Below are positions 1 through 9,451 of a stretch of 64,000 bases of DNA, piece after piece. Numbering within the stretch: the first letter of the stretch is position 1; each line of letters opens with the position of its first letter. The notes below the pieces were generated by a model that had not been told where the DNA came from, did not search any database, and saw nothing but the letters and a program-made list of their open reading frames with translations. The position numbers and the translations under genes were made by a program. The stretch is from Parcubacteria group bacterium LiPW_30 (GTDB taxonomy: Bacteria > Patescibacteriota > Minisyncoccia > Phycocordibacterales > VMEP01): the NCBI GenBank assembly GCA_007375595.1, contig VMEP01000001.1, positions 340,694-404,693 of the forward strand. The letters are read 5' to 3'.

Positions 1-27
1 AACCCTGGCCGAAGGGCCATTTTACAA

Positions 28-60
28 GGACGCCAAACAAGGCGTCCTTCTTCTTTTTAA
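28..60 (+). terminator. Rho-independent terminator of a gene that starts upstream of the window
   Basis: GC hairpin ggacgccaaacaaggcgtcc followed by a T-rich run. Confidence 0.5.
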
Positions 61-110
61 TTTTTTAATTAGTGAGATAAACGATAAAACAAATTAATAA
101 ACTAACTTTT

Positions 111-138
111 TTGTAATTGAAGAGTAAAATGCTATAAT
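111..138 (+). promoter_or_regulatory. sigma70-like promoter (TTGTAA - 16 nt - TATAAT)
   Basis: ttgtaa at 111-116 and tataat at 133-138, directly upstream of the ATG at 147. Confidence 0.4.
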
Positions 139-146
139 CCTCCATT

Positions 147-260
147 ATGCCAAAAGTAAAAGGTTTCAATATCGCAAGGGAAAAATCTCGCTCTAAAAAG
201 ACAAAGAAGCGTCTTGATATAAAAAAAGCGATGCTCGCATCCCGCAAGAAGAAAAAATAA
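147..260 (+). CDS. 37-aa lysine/arginine-rich small protein (MPKVKGFNIAREKSRSKKTKKRLDIKKAMLASRKKKK), apparently leaderless
   Basis: ATG about 9 nt after the -10 element with no SD sequence; basic composition like small ribosomal or nucleic-acid-binding proteins; followed by a bidirectional hairpin at 269-310; too short for the ORF track. Confidence 0.25.
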   Translation: MPKVKGFNIAREKSRSKKTKKRLDIKKAMLASRKKKK

Positions 261-339
261 TTTATCCTTAAAACAAAAAATCCCTACTTTTTATTAAGTA
301 GGGATTTTTGCAAGAAATAATAATAAAATCGACAATAAT

Positions 340-1011
340 ATGGCAAGTAAAAGAGAAATAAATTCTCAATATGACTTAATAGCCGAGGACTATGTAAATA
401 ACCAGAGGGGATTTTTTACAGGCAAGGATGATTGGACAAGGTCTAAGTTAAAACAGGAACTAAAAAAATACAAAGGAAAGAAAATTTTGGATATAGGATG
501 TGGCGCTGGGGACGATATCAAGTGGTGTGAGGAAAATGGAATTGAAGCATATGGCGTTGAGTATTCAGAAAAAATGCTCAATTTAGCTAAGAATAACGTT
601 GCATACCCCGAGAACGTAAAAATTGGTGATTATGAAAGTATTCCGTTTGATGATAATTACTTCGATTTAGTTATGGGAAGATTTTCTTTACATTATTTAA
701 AAAATTTTGAATTGGCGTATAAAGAAATAGGGCGTGTGTTAAAAAGTGGAGGACAGTTATTAATAGTGGCGAGTAATCCTACTTACGATACATTGAAACT
801 TCAGGAAACAGATGGGGATGGCTTAATTTCCGTTAATCTATATGGAGGCCGTGTTGTCGTTAAGTTTCCACCACATACGCTAACTGACTACTTCTCTCGG
901 GAATTTTTTAGGCAATTTGTTCTACAAGAAATTATAGAATCAGAATCTGTTGATGCAGAAAATCCACTGAAAATCCCCGAGACCTTATATTTTAAGGCGG
1001 TGAAATTATAA
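340..1011 (+). CDS. class I SAM-dependent methyltransferase
   Basis: glycine-rich motif I ILDIGCGAGDD; length and layout typical of Methyltransf_11/25. Confidence 0.7.
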   Translation: MASKREINSQYDLIAEDYVNNQRGFFTGKDDWTRSKLKQELKKYKGKKILDIGCGAGDDIKWCEENGIEAYGVEYSEKMLNLAKNNVAYPENVKIGDYESIPFDDNYFDLVMGRFSLHYLKNFELAYKEIGRVLKSGGQLLIVASNPTYDTLKLQETDGDGLISVNLYGGRVVVKFPPHTLTDYFSREFFRQFVLQEIIESESVDAENPLKIPETLYFKAVKL

Positions 1012-1119
1012 GTATCTTTATTTGACAAAACACTACTTTCCTGTTAATTTCAGGGCTGGTTTTAGTCCTGTTCCAATTTAAGTTTCTAAACTTTTTCACA
1101 CAGACAGAGGAGATTTTCC

Positions 1120-2607
1120 ATGGCACAACTTTCGCCCGTACGGGCAGGAGAACCGGTTCTTAAAGGCCTCAAGCTTTTGAACCGTGGCAAGGTGCGCGAC
1201 ACCTACGATCTCGGGAGCGGTTATCTACTCTCGGTTGCAACGGACGCAATCAGTATTTTTGATTTCGTTTTGAACGCAAAGGTTCCAGGAAAGGGAATGG
1301 TCTTGACGGCTATGACCCATTTCTGGATGACGAAACTCGAGGAAGCTGGTATCTGCAAGACACATCTCGTCGCCGCGGGTGCCGCAATTGACCACTACCT
1401 CCCGAAAGAGCATCAGGGGAACGTCGACTTGCAGTCTCGGGCGATGGTGGTGAAGCAACTCCAGATGGCTCCGGTCGAGTTCATCGCTCGCGGGTACCTG
1501 ACGGGGACGGCCTTCAAGGAATACCAGAAAACCGGCAAGGTTTTTGGGGTTGCTTTGCCATCTGATCTTCAAGATGGCGACAAGTTGCCGTGCGTTTTTG
1601 ACACTCCGACGACGAAAGAAGTCGAAGGGCACGACATTCCGATGAACAGCGAAGAGGTGCGGGTGAAATATCCCGAGGAAACAAAAACCTTGCTCGCAGT
1701 CTACGAGTTTGTGCGCAAGTTTGCCGAAGAGCACGGCGTCATTTTTGCCGACACCAAACTCGAGTTCGGGTTTGATGAAAAAGGCAACCTTGTCCTCGGC
1801 GACGAAGTGGCCACTCCGGACTCCAGTCGTTTCTGGAGTTTGATGGCATGGATGGCTGAGAAAAAGAAGGAAAAACGTAAGGCGCCATCGCCGTACGACA
1901 AGCAGTTGGTTCGAAACTGGGGAATCGAGGTCGGGGTGAATAATCTTGACCCGCTTTCTTCCGAAGATGTGGAAAAGGTTCACGGGATGGAAGTCCCCAA
2001 AGAGCTGATTACCGCGACTTCGGAGATGTATCGCTACATCTTCTGGTTGCTGACTGGCATGCGCGTTGATTCCTATGTCGCCTCGAAACTGAGGGTCGAC
2101 CGGGAAATACCGGCGCGGAAGCTGGCCGTGGTTTTTGGAAGTAGAAGCGACTACGCAAAGGCGGGAGTACAACTTGCTGTTGCTCAAAAGTACGTTGGGA
2201 ACCGGTTCCTCGGAAAGCTCGACGTTCATGTTTTGAGTTGCCACAGGAACCCGTTGTATCTCGTTGAGTTTGCGGGAAGCGGATGTCTTGGTGCAGATGT
2301 CGTCATCGCCGTCGGCGGAAAGGCATTTGCTTTGCCTGGGGTTCTCGATGCCCATCTTCATGCAGAAGGCTTTAGAATCCCCGTCATTGGTGTTGCTCTC
2401 GGCGAAGAAGGAAGCGAAGAGTTGCTTGCGGCAGAACTCTCGATTTCCCAGATACCAGGGCAGACGGTGCTCATGGACGAAAAGGCTGGTGTTGTCTACC
2501 GCAACACCGACGGCCTTTCAAGGGCTATCGTTCGGGCGACGTTCTCCGAATTGCCACCGATGCTTCCGCGGGTGGAAAAGAAACCGGAGTTTTTTATCAA
2601 GTCTTAA
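1120..2607 (+). CDS. purCE: bifunctional SAICAR synthetase / AIR carboxylase (PurC-PurE fusion, PAICS-like order)
   Basis: N-terminal half matches PurC (KVRDTYDL, LLSVATDAISIFDFVL); C-terminal half matches PurE (VVFGSRSDYA, GGKAFALPGV); region clearly more GC-rich than its surroundings. Confidence 0.8.
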   Translation: MAQLSPVRAGEPVLKGLKLLNRGKVRDTYDLGSGYLLSVATDAISIFDFVLNAKVPGKGMVLTAMTHFWMTKLEEAGICKTHLVAAGAAIDHYLPKEHQGNVDLQSRAMVVKQLQMAPVEFIARGYLTGTAFKEYQKTGKVFGVALPSDLQDGDKLPCVFDTPTTKEVEGHDIPMNSEEVRVKYPEETKTLLAVYEFVRKFAEEHGVIFADTKLEFGFDEKGNLVLGDEVATPDSSRFWSLMAWMAEKKKEKRKAPSPYDKQLVRNWGIEVGVNNLDPLSSEDVEKVHGMEVPKELITATSEMYRYIFWLLTGMRVDSYVASKLRVDREIPARKLAVVFGSRSDYAKAGVQLAVAQKYVGNRFLGKLDVHVLSCHRNPLYLVEFAGSGCLGADVVIAVGGKAFALPGVLDAHLHAEGFRIPVIGVALGEEGSEELLAAELSISQIPGQTVLMDEKAGVVYRNTDGLSRAIVRATFSELPPMLPRVEKKPEFFIKS

Positions 2608-2639
2608 TTGCCAGCAGGTTGGTAATCGAGCATACGGGC

Positions 2640-2712
2640 GGGTCGGTTCATTCTGACCCGTCTTTTTTTTTGTAAAAAAACAAGCGCCCATTACTAGGCG
2701 CTTGCGTTGATT
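2640..2712. terminator. two hairpins between the convergent purCE and purN genes
   Basis: cgggcgggtcggttcattctgacccgtc + T9, then caagcgcccattactaggcgcttg. Confidence 0.5.
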
Positions 2713-2720
2713 TGGAGACT

Positions 2721-3392
2721 CTATTCGTCAAAGGCCCGACCTGACATCATGCTGGGATAAACCGAGCGATGGTTCGCCCCATCCCAAGAGATGAACCCGT
2801 TGACTATCAGGTTGGTCACTTCTGCTTGATACATGTGCTCGCAGTGGTTGACGCGCTGTGCCAGAGTTTCCGGTGTGTCGTCGTCTTTGATGCACACTTT
2901 CATTTGGAAGAAGATTGGACCGAGGTCGTACTTCTCCGTAACGAAGTGCATCGAGACCGCAGAGTGTGAAATTTCACCACGGCGGAACGCCGCCATTACC
3001 GCTTCGTGAACACGGTGCCCATAAAGACCAGGGCCACCAAACTCCGGCAGGGGCCCAGGGTGAATATTGAACACCGTTTGCGAGTTGAAGTTCGTTCGCG
3101 GGTCAAGCCCAGTCACGAGCTTCAGCCAGCCAGAGAGAGCAAAAAAATCAGCCCCCGACTCCCTTGCGATACGTTGATACCCTTCAGCGTTCCATGGACC
3201 ACGGAAATGGATGAATGGGATATCAAGCTCTCCGGCCTTTTCCCAGACACCACCATTTTCGTGGTTTGAAACCACTCCGACAATCTTGGCATCAAGTATT
3301 CCTGTGCGCGATGCTTCCACGAGCTTCCTGAAACCACCGCCACCACCGTCTTTTGTGCCCGCCGCAAAAACGAGAGTCTTTGGTTTGCTCAT
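2721..3392 (-). CDS. purN: phosphoribosylglycinamide formyltransferase
   Basis: VFNIHPGPLPEFGG matches the PurN NIHPSLLP motif; Formyl_trans_N-like N-terminus; GC-rich. Confidence 0.8.
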   Translation of the reverse strand: MSKPKTLVFAAGTKDGGGGGFRKLVEASRTGILDAKIVGVVSNHENGGVWEKAGELDIPFIHFRGPWNAEGYQRIARESGADFFALSGWLKLVTGLDPRTNFNSQTVFNIHPGPLPEFGGPGLYGHRVHEAVMAAFRRGEISHSAVSMHFVTEKYDLGPIFFQMKVCIKDDDTPETLAQRVNHCEHMYQAEVTNLIVNGFISWDGANHRSVYPSMMSGRAFDE

Positions 3393-3519
3393 TTGCTACT
3401 CCTTTTTTGATGGGTTGTTCAATCTGCCGGCAAGTATCTCTTAAAAAAATATTTTTTGCAACCAAGTGCTTGCGCCGTCTTCTTTGAAGTTTGGTTTGGT
3501 TGTATAATGATAGCTAACC

Positions 3520-4677
3520 ATGAACTCAGAAGAACCAGTTGAAGTAGAAGTCTCCAATCAAGAGCAAATTGAAATTAAAGAAAAAAGAGCGCGAGAGATA
3601 GCAAATGGCGGGGTTTTTGAAAACATTGTCGAAGACCTATTTGACGAAAAACTACTTGAAGGGTGTATTGAAAAGACAAAAGAAGATTTTGGTGCACGTA
3701 TTAAAAACGCGCATTTTGAAGCAAAAGAAAAAGATTGGGAAATATTAACCGCAATACGATTATTTCATCTTGATACAGCAGAGCATTGTGTTCGTACCCT
3801 TGAAATTCTTTCACATAAAATACACGAAACTCTTACTCGTCCTGATGGAGGGAGTGTTAATCTCGACACAAACATTATTGCTGAAAATATAACCATTGAA
3901 GAATTTTTACGCGCAGCGTTACTTCATGATGTTGGTAAAATCATAGTTCCACGCTCAATTCTAGATAACCCTCTTTCGAATACTAATTGGTGGCAAGTAT
4001 TAAGCTTGGCGATTAATTCAGAAGGAGAAGACTCTGATTTAATTCGAAATCATATTGCTAAACTTTCCGGCGCTCCTTTTAATATCGATACATACAGAAA
4101 AGATCTCGATTCTCATGATGTGCGACCAATTCAGGTTTGTCCTGTTGATGTGATTCTTCCGCCAGAAGATATTTCTGATTTGGCTAAGCGCGGATTTACC
4201 AAAGAAAATACTATTTTGGAAATAATAATGGCACATGAGGAAGAATCACGTAGGATTTTAGAGGCGAGTGGTTTTCCTGTTGAGGCAAAACTTGCCAGTA
4301 TGCATCATAATTATTTACATAGAGATATTGGTGGGCAAAATTCTTCAGTTGAAGCTCTTCGTGTTGGGGCGGACGTTGTCGGTATTTCTATGGCAGATAT
4401 TATTCATCTCGCCGATGTTACCGACGCTCTTGTGAGTTCGCGCTCATACAAAGGGCCAATGCCAATATCGAAAGTACTCACTATTTTAATTCAACACGCA
4501 AATAGCGGTAAGGTTGGTAAAGAGATGACATATATGTGGATAAAAAGTGAGCTTTCAAAAAATAAAATTTCTGAAGACGAAAAAATGCAGTTTGCGGATG
4601 ATTTTAAAGAAATAAATTTATTTTTATCTAAGCAAGAAAAAGAAGCGCAAGTGGAGTTTATGGCGGAGGCAGCCTAA
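3520..4677 (+). CDS. HD-domain phosphohydrolase (HD/HD-GYP-like)
   Basis: AALLHDVGKIIVP His-Asp motif; further His-rich stretch MHHNYLHRD. Confidence 0.55.
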   Translation: MNSEEPVEVEVSNQEQIEIKEKRAREIANGGVFENIVEDLFDEKLLEGCIEKTKEDFGARIKNAHFEAKEKDWEILTAIRLFHLDTAEHCVRTLEILSHKIHETLTRPDGGSVNLDTNIIAENITIEEFLRAALLHDVGKIIVPRSILDNPLSNTNWWQVLSLAINSEGEDSDLIRNHIAKLSGAPFNIDTYRKDLDSHDVRPIQVCPVDVILPPEDISDLAKRGFTKENTILEIIMAHEEESRRILEASGFPVEAKLASMHHNYLHRDIGGQNSSVEALRVGADVVGISMADIIHLADVTDALVSSRSYKGPMPISKVLTILIQHANSGKVGKEMTYMWIKSELSKNKISEDEKMQFADDFKEINLFLSKQEKEAQVEFMAEAA

Positions 4678-4770
4678 AAATTATTCTAGACATTATGTTT
4701 AATATGTTTCATACTACCGAAAGTGACGTTCTTATGCATTGAATTTTATTTATTAAAAAGGGGGGCTACG

Positions 4771-5205
4771 ATGAGACGGCGAAGTTTTGACAGGAAGGTT
4801 TATCTCCTGGTGTTTGGATTTAATGACGATGAATGGGCCCATAGCGTCGAAGGGGAAAAATGTAGGCGTTGGTGCAAGGATTTAGGGTTTAGTGTTGAAA
4901 TTAAAGTGACCCCTTCCGTTGTTGAAACCATTAAGCACATAAGAGAACATAAAATGCTTGATTTGGTTTATTTTAGCGACAACAAGTCGTCTTCGCGCGG
5001 AGACCATGCCCTCTCTGATGCTATGGCTATTGCTCAGGTATTGAGCGAACATAGCCATAAACCATGGGTTGCCATTGCTCCAGTTTTCGATTACCTTTCC
5101 ACCGTATTTCGAGTGAGAGATGTCGTGGTTGGAGAGGGAGATCTTTTGAGTGTTGTTTGGTCGCGGTGGATGTCACTTGTGAAAGGATACAGACAAACAC
5201 CCTGA
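4771..5205 (+). CDS. hypothetical protein (start moved to MRRRSF after the RBS aaaaagggggg)
   Basis: ORF with good SD; no recognisable motif. Confidence 0.4.
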   Translation: MRRRSFDRKVYLLVFGFNDDEWAHSVEGEKCRRWCKDLGFSVEIKVTPSVVETIKHIREHKMLDLVYFSDNKSSSRGDHALSDAMAIAQVLSEHSHKPWVAIAPVFDYLSTVFRVRDVVVGEGDLLSVVWSRWMSLVKGYRQTP

Positions 5206-5303
5206 CCACCCTTAAAGTGGCCTCGCGAAAGCAGTGCCACTTTTTGTTTTTTTGGATTAGTTAATAGGGGATAATATTATCCTATTTAATTTATAATGTA
5301 AAA

Positions 5304-5753
5304 ATGACTTTATATTTTGCTTACGGTTCAAATCAAGACGAAAATCAAATGAGAGACAGATGTCCTTGTTCTAAACTTATTGGAAAAGCCGTATTGAAAG
5401 ACTATAAGCTTGCTTACACTTTTAAATGTTTAACACACCAAACTGGTTGTGCAGATATTTTAAAAAGTAAAGGAGATGAAGTTTGGGGTTTGTTGTATGA
5501 GGTTTGTGAATGCGACTTAAAAAGACTTGATGGTTTTGAAAAACATCCTGCTGGTTATCGGAGGTTTGCAGTGACTGTTCTAGACGAGTTTGGTAAGGAA
5601 AGAGAAGCGGAGGTTTATGAGGTTGTTTCAAAAATTGAAGGAGATGTCGCCCCATCTCGAAAGTATCACGATATCTTAATTAATGCCTCGGAGAAATATA
5701 ATTTCCCAGAGTCGTATAAAAAATTTCTTAAGTCTTTTAGGGTTGATAAGTAG
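5304..5753 (+). CDS. gamma-glutamyl cyclotransferase-like (AIG2/GGCT family) protein
   Basis: N-terminal YFAYGSNQ signature of the GGCT/AIG2 fold. Confidence 0.6.
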   Translation: MTLYFAYGSNQDENQMRDRCPCSKLIGKAVLKDYKLAYTFKCLTHQTGCADILKSKGDEVWGLLYEVCECDLKRLDGFEKHPAGYRRFAVTVLDEFGKEREAEVYEVVSKIEGDVAPSRKYHDILINASEKYNFPESYKKFLKSFRVDK

Positions 5754-5771
5754 TTATCTTTAGTCTGTCTT

Positions 5772-7139
5772 TTGGTTGTCCACAAAAATAATTTGTGTTC
5801 TTTGTGGTATATTTTAATGATGTTGTTTTTTCTAAAAAGAAAAGCTGCTCTTCTTGGAACACTAGTTGTTGTTTTAATTTTTGCTGGCGTTGGATATTAT
5901 AAATATTCACATCCCGCCGTTGCGCCGGTCACCTACAAAACTCCCGAGGAGTCGAATGTTTTTGTTCGTTTCGACATGGAGGCCTACGATATAATTTCAA
6001 AAAATTATTGGAATAAGATGAAAGATGAAGATATCGCAACATTATTCCAGCTATCTATTCAAAAAGCCCAAAATTCTTCAACTACGCCAGCGCTTATAAC
6101 AAAAGACAGGGCTGGTGTGGCTAAAATGGTTTCAGACGCAATAACTGCCATCCCAACAGACGAAGAAAAAAAGAAATTTGCTCTCAACACACTAGTAATC
6201 GCAACCTACAATCTTCAGCCTGTAAACAGGAACGGAATTCTTTCTTCAAAAGAAGAAACCTCCTTTAGGCAAAATGTCAGTAATATTAATCCCGAGAAAG
6301 ACCTTTATAAAGATCTTGGGATAGAGAAGGGGGCGACAAACGAGGTCATTGAACAGGCCTATAAAGAAAAGGTTGCGGTGCTTGAAAAAGCGACAACATC
6401 AGAAGCTAAAGAAGAATTAAAACAAGTTGCTTATGCGCGGGAGGTTCTTACAAATCAAAACTCAAAAGCACTTTATGATGAAAAACAAATAGAACCAACC
6501 GTTTTTAAGCGACTTATTGGAAATACAATGTATCTTTCAATTAGTAAAATTTCCCCAACAACTTTACAAGAATTTGGTATTGCTGTTGATAGTGCAAGTA
6601 CGACGCCAAGACTTGATAGCATGATAATTGATTTTCGAGGGAACATTGGTGGTTCTTTAGATTTCCTAAAGTACTTTCTAGGACTTTTTGTTGGGGAAAA
6701 ACAATATGCGTTTGATTTGTTTCATCAAGGAGATTATCAAGTAGAACGCACAGTTTTGGCAAAATTTGATCAGCTAGAGCGTTATAAAGAAATCGCAATT
6801 TTGACCGACAACATGACGCAATCAACCGCGGAATTAACTACGGCAACTTTTAAACGTTTTAATTTAGCCGGCGTTGTTGGGGGTACTACTCGCGGATGGG
6901 GAACCGTGGAAAACACTTACCCAATTGAAACTGTTATCGGAGAAGGTGAAAAATATTCTATTCTTTTGGTAAACAACATAACCTTGCGTGACGATAATCA
7001 ACCAATAGAAGGTCGTGGTGTCGATCCAGATATAGATATTAAGAATCCAAAGTGGAAAAGCGACCTCTCGAGGGTTTTTAGAAACCAATCCTTAATTGAG
7101 GCTATTTTAAAGACTGCGACAGTGGAACCATTGAGGTAG
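5772..7139 (+). CDS. membrane-anchored protein with an S41 (C-terminal processing peptidase)-like domain and a degenerate J-domain-like segment
   Basis: N-terminal TM helix; IIDFRGNIGGSL and GRGVDPDIDI resemble S41 IIDLRGNPGG / GVxPDI blocks; KDLYKDLGIEKGATNEVIEQAYKE resembles a J-domain helix II but lacks HPD. Confidence 0.45.
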   Translation: MVVHKNNLCSLWYILMMLFFLKRKAALLGTLVVVLIFAGVGYYKYSHPAVAPVTYKTPEESNVFVRFDMEAYDIISKNYWNKMKDEDIATLFQLSIQKAQNSSTTPALITKDRAGVAKMVSDAITAIPTDEEKKKFALNTLVIATYNLQPVNRNGILSSKEETSFRQNVSNINPEKDLYKDLGIEKGATNEVIEQAYKEKVAVLEKATTSEAKEELKQVAYAREVLTNQNSKALYDEKQIEPTVFKRLIGNTMYLSISKISPTTLQEFGIAVDSASTTPRLDSMIIDFRGNIGGSLDFLKYFLGLFVGEKQYAFDLFHQGDYQVERTVLAKFDQLERYKEIAILTDNMTQSTAELTTATFKRFNLAGVVGGTTRGWGTVENTYPIETVIGEGEKYSILLVNNITLRDDNQPIEGRGVDPDIDIKNPKWKSDLSRVFRNQSLIEAILKTATVEPLR

Positions 7140-7175
7140 AATTTACTTTTTCTATCTTCGGGTTAAAATAGACAG

Positions 7176-7421
7176 ATGGATAATAATACTGAAGAATTTA
7201 AGGTTTCTGGCGATGAAGTTATTAAAACTGTTAAGGACCTTGTTAAAAAGGGCAACGCTAGACGCATAATAATTAAAAACGAAGAAGGAAAAGTGTTGAT
7301 TGAGGTGCCTCTTACTATTGGTGCAGTCGGGGCAATTTTGGCTCCAGCGCTTGCAGCTGTCGGCACAATTGCCGCTCTCGTGACAAAATGCACTATTGTT
7401 GTTGAGAAAAAAGCAGAATAA
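7176..7421 (+). CDS. DUF4342-family small protein
   Basis: RRIIIKNEEGKVLIEVPLTIGAVGAIL...ALVTKCTIVVEK matches the conserved DUF4342 pattern. Confidence 0.55.
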   Translation: MDNNTEEFKVSGDEVIKTVKDLVKKGNARRIIIKNEEGKVLIEVPLTIGAVGAILAPALAAVGTIAALVTKCTIVVEKKAE

Positions 7422-7459
7422 TCTGAGGGGGTTAGTTTTAAAAAATTAATATTTTTTTA

Positions 7460-7497
7460 AATAACGTTTTAAGTAATCCTAAAACGTTATTTTTTAG
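7460..7497 (+). terminator. hairpin terminator
   Basis: aataacgttttaagtaatcctaaaacgttatttttt. Confidence 0.45.
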
Positions 7498-7559
7498 TAA
7501 AAAAACTTCTTGTCAATATTTCATTTTTAAAATGACCTGCTATACTGCTGACTTCGTTA

Positions 7560-8156
7560 TTGGTAAAAAAGTTTTTTCACATGCAATATACTCAAAAAAT
7601 CAAAGAAGCCATCCGTGTTGCGATCAGGATTCACGAAATAGATCAAAAACAAAAACGGAAAGGCAAAGATATCCCATACATAACACACCCGCTTGTTGTT
7701 GGCCTTATTCTTGCTAGAATTTCAAAAGACGAAGATGTTGTTGTTGCTGGAATATTGCACGATACCGTTGAGGATAGCGTTGATGAAAAGAAATTTACCA
7801 TTGGAATGATAAAAAAACGCTTTGGCGAAGAGGTTTCAAGGATGGTTGACGACGTTACCGAGAAAAATAGGCATGTTCCATGGCTTGAGCGTAAAAAACA
7901 GAATGTTAAGAAAATAGCCACTCTTCCTAAAAACTCGCTTTTAATAAAAGCTGCTGACACTGTGGCAAATTGTACTGAATTAATTTCCGATTTTCGTAGA
8001 GAAGGGGACGATACTTTTCGCAGATTCAATGTTCCTAAAGAAAATCTTATCGAACATTACGTTGAGATTATTGAAGCGATAAAAAAGGCTTGGCCAACAC
8101 ATCCTTTGCGAAGCGATCTTGATTACCACGTCTCTGAATTGAGGGCGATGTTTTAA
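7560..8156 (+). CDS. small HD-domain (p)ppGpp hydrolase-like protein (RelA/SpoT HD domain only)
   Basis: ITHPLVVGLILARI...VVAGILHDTVEDS matches the SpoT/RelA hydrolase HD motif; alternative start at M8 (7581). Confidence 0.6.
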   Translation: MVKKFFHMQYTQKIKEAIRVAIRIHEIDQKQKRKGKDIPYITHPLVVGLILARISKDEDVVVAGILHDTVEDSVDEKKFTIGMIKKRFGEEVSRMVDDVTEKNRHVPWLERKKQNVKKIATLPKNSLLIKAADTVANCTELISDFRREGDDTFRRFNVPKENLIEHYVEIIEAIKKAWPTHPLRSDLDYHVSELRAMF

Positions 8157-8359
8157 TTTTTTATGTTGCCCACGTGTTTCTGGGGAACATTGACATATTT
8201 CTACGTTTAAGGCTTAATACTCGAAGTTCTTTAATATTTTTTTGGTCATAGTTAAAAGGTACTGAATTTTTTGGTGTTTCTTAGCTATGACCAAAATGGT
8301 CTGGTCCGGCTCGTGGGTAGCGAGGGTATTAATCGGCAATTAGCCGAGAGGAGAATTTT

Positions 8360-9031
8360 ATGGGGCGAATCAACGAACTTAACGATTTCACTCGGGGTCA
8401 ACTAGACGCCGCTTTGATGAAAATCGGGCAAGATGCTGGCATGGGAACAGCAGAAGGTATCCGTGCGTTTCTTCGCGGCGAACTCTCGATTTCCTCACCA
8501 CCTCGTTCGTGGCGTGAGGAAGACGGTGTCATCTACTTCAGCGTCACCCCTGATGGTGCGGACGGCGAAACTTGGATTACCTTACTAGAAGGCAATATTT
8601 TTCTTGTCGAATACTGTGCTAAAGAGGTACTCCGTTCGCCTTCTTTCAAGTCGACCAATGGCGTGACGACCGAAGTCGCTGTTCTCAAGGGAATGCTCTT
8701 CGAGGATCAATGTCGGATCACCGAGTTGATTCGCGCACATGCGGAAGCTTTCAGAACGCCCGACAAGCGCAAGCTCGAAAAGCCGAATGCTGAACTGGCT
8801 TGCCTCATTCGTCGGAAGTTCACAGATAAAGAGATCGAGGCTATGGGGCTGACATGTATTGTCGCCATGCACGAACCCATCAATGACTCCGACGGCAATC
8901 CGGGCTTGCTGAGCGCGCGCCGTGACGGCGGTGGTCGCTGGCTCAACGCGTACAACGGCAGATCTGACTGTAGGTGGGGCCGTGACCACGGGTTTGCGTT
9001 CGCCGTGTCGCAAGCCCGTCCGACTGAATGA
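8360..9031 (+). CDS. hypothetical protein in a GC-rich island
   Basis: Long ORF with SD gagaggag; composition sharply more GC-rich than flanks; no motif recognised. Confidence 0.5.
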   Translation: MGRINELNDFTRGQLDAALMKIGQDAGMGTAEGIRAFLRGELSISSPPRSWREEDGVIYFSVTPDGADGETWITLLEGNIFLVEYCAKEVLRSPSFKSTNGVTTEVAVLKGMLFEDQCRITELIRAHAEAFRTPDKRKLEKPNAELACLIRRKFTDKEIEAMGLTCIVAMHEPINDSDGNPGLLSARRDGGGRWLNAYNGRSDCRWGRDHGFAFAVSQARPTE

Positions 9032-9060
9032 TCTTAGTCATTCGGGCGGGTTAGTTCTCA
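9025..9060 (+). terminator. hairpin terminator
   Basis: cccgtccgactgaatgatcttagtcattcgggcggg. Confidence 0.5.
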
Positions 9061-9451
9061 ACACTAAGACTCTCTTAGCTATTAGCCCTGTTCCGATCCG
9101 TCGGAGCAGGGCTAAATTTTTTCATAAATTTTACCATATTGACAACACAGTATTTACAGTGTAGTATGGGCAAGTAACTAAATATCTCATTGGTTTTTGT
9201 TTTTGAGGGGTTTCCCCACAATACCAAGGCTCACACAAATCGGAGCTTTATCTAAAAAACTGGCGAGACATAATGGTCGCCTTTTATCGTAATGACCTAT
9301 AGTTTTAAGGGTAAATAACCCTAATCTAAGCTTGTTAGCTTAGACGGGCGTTCATTTTTTTTGTGAAAATGATTTAGCCCTAAACCATTTTTATTCGGTC
9401 GGGCGTCGCGCCAGTATTATCAGGCGTGATTAGCCCTAATTAATTTGTTTT

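Noticed and set aside
1225-2361. 378-aa minus-strand ORF antisense to purCE
   Set aside because: Lies entirely inside the GC-rich purCE gene, which has clear PurC/PurE motifs. High GC inflates antisense ORF length. No motifs.
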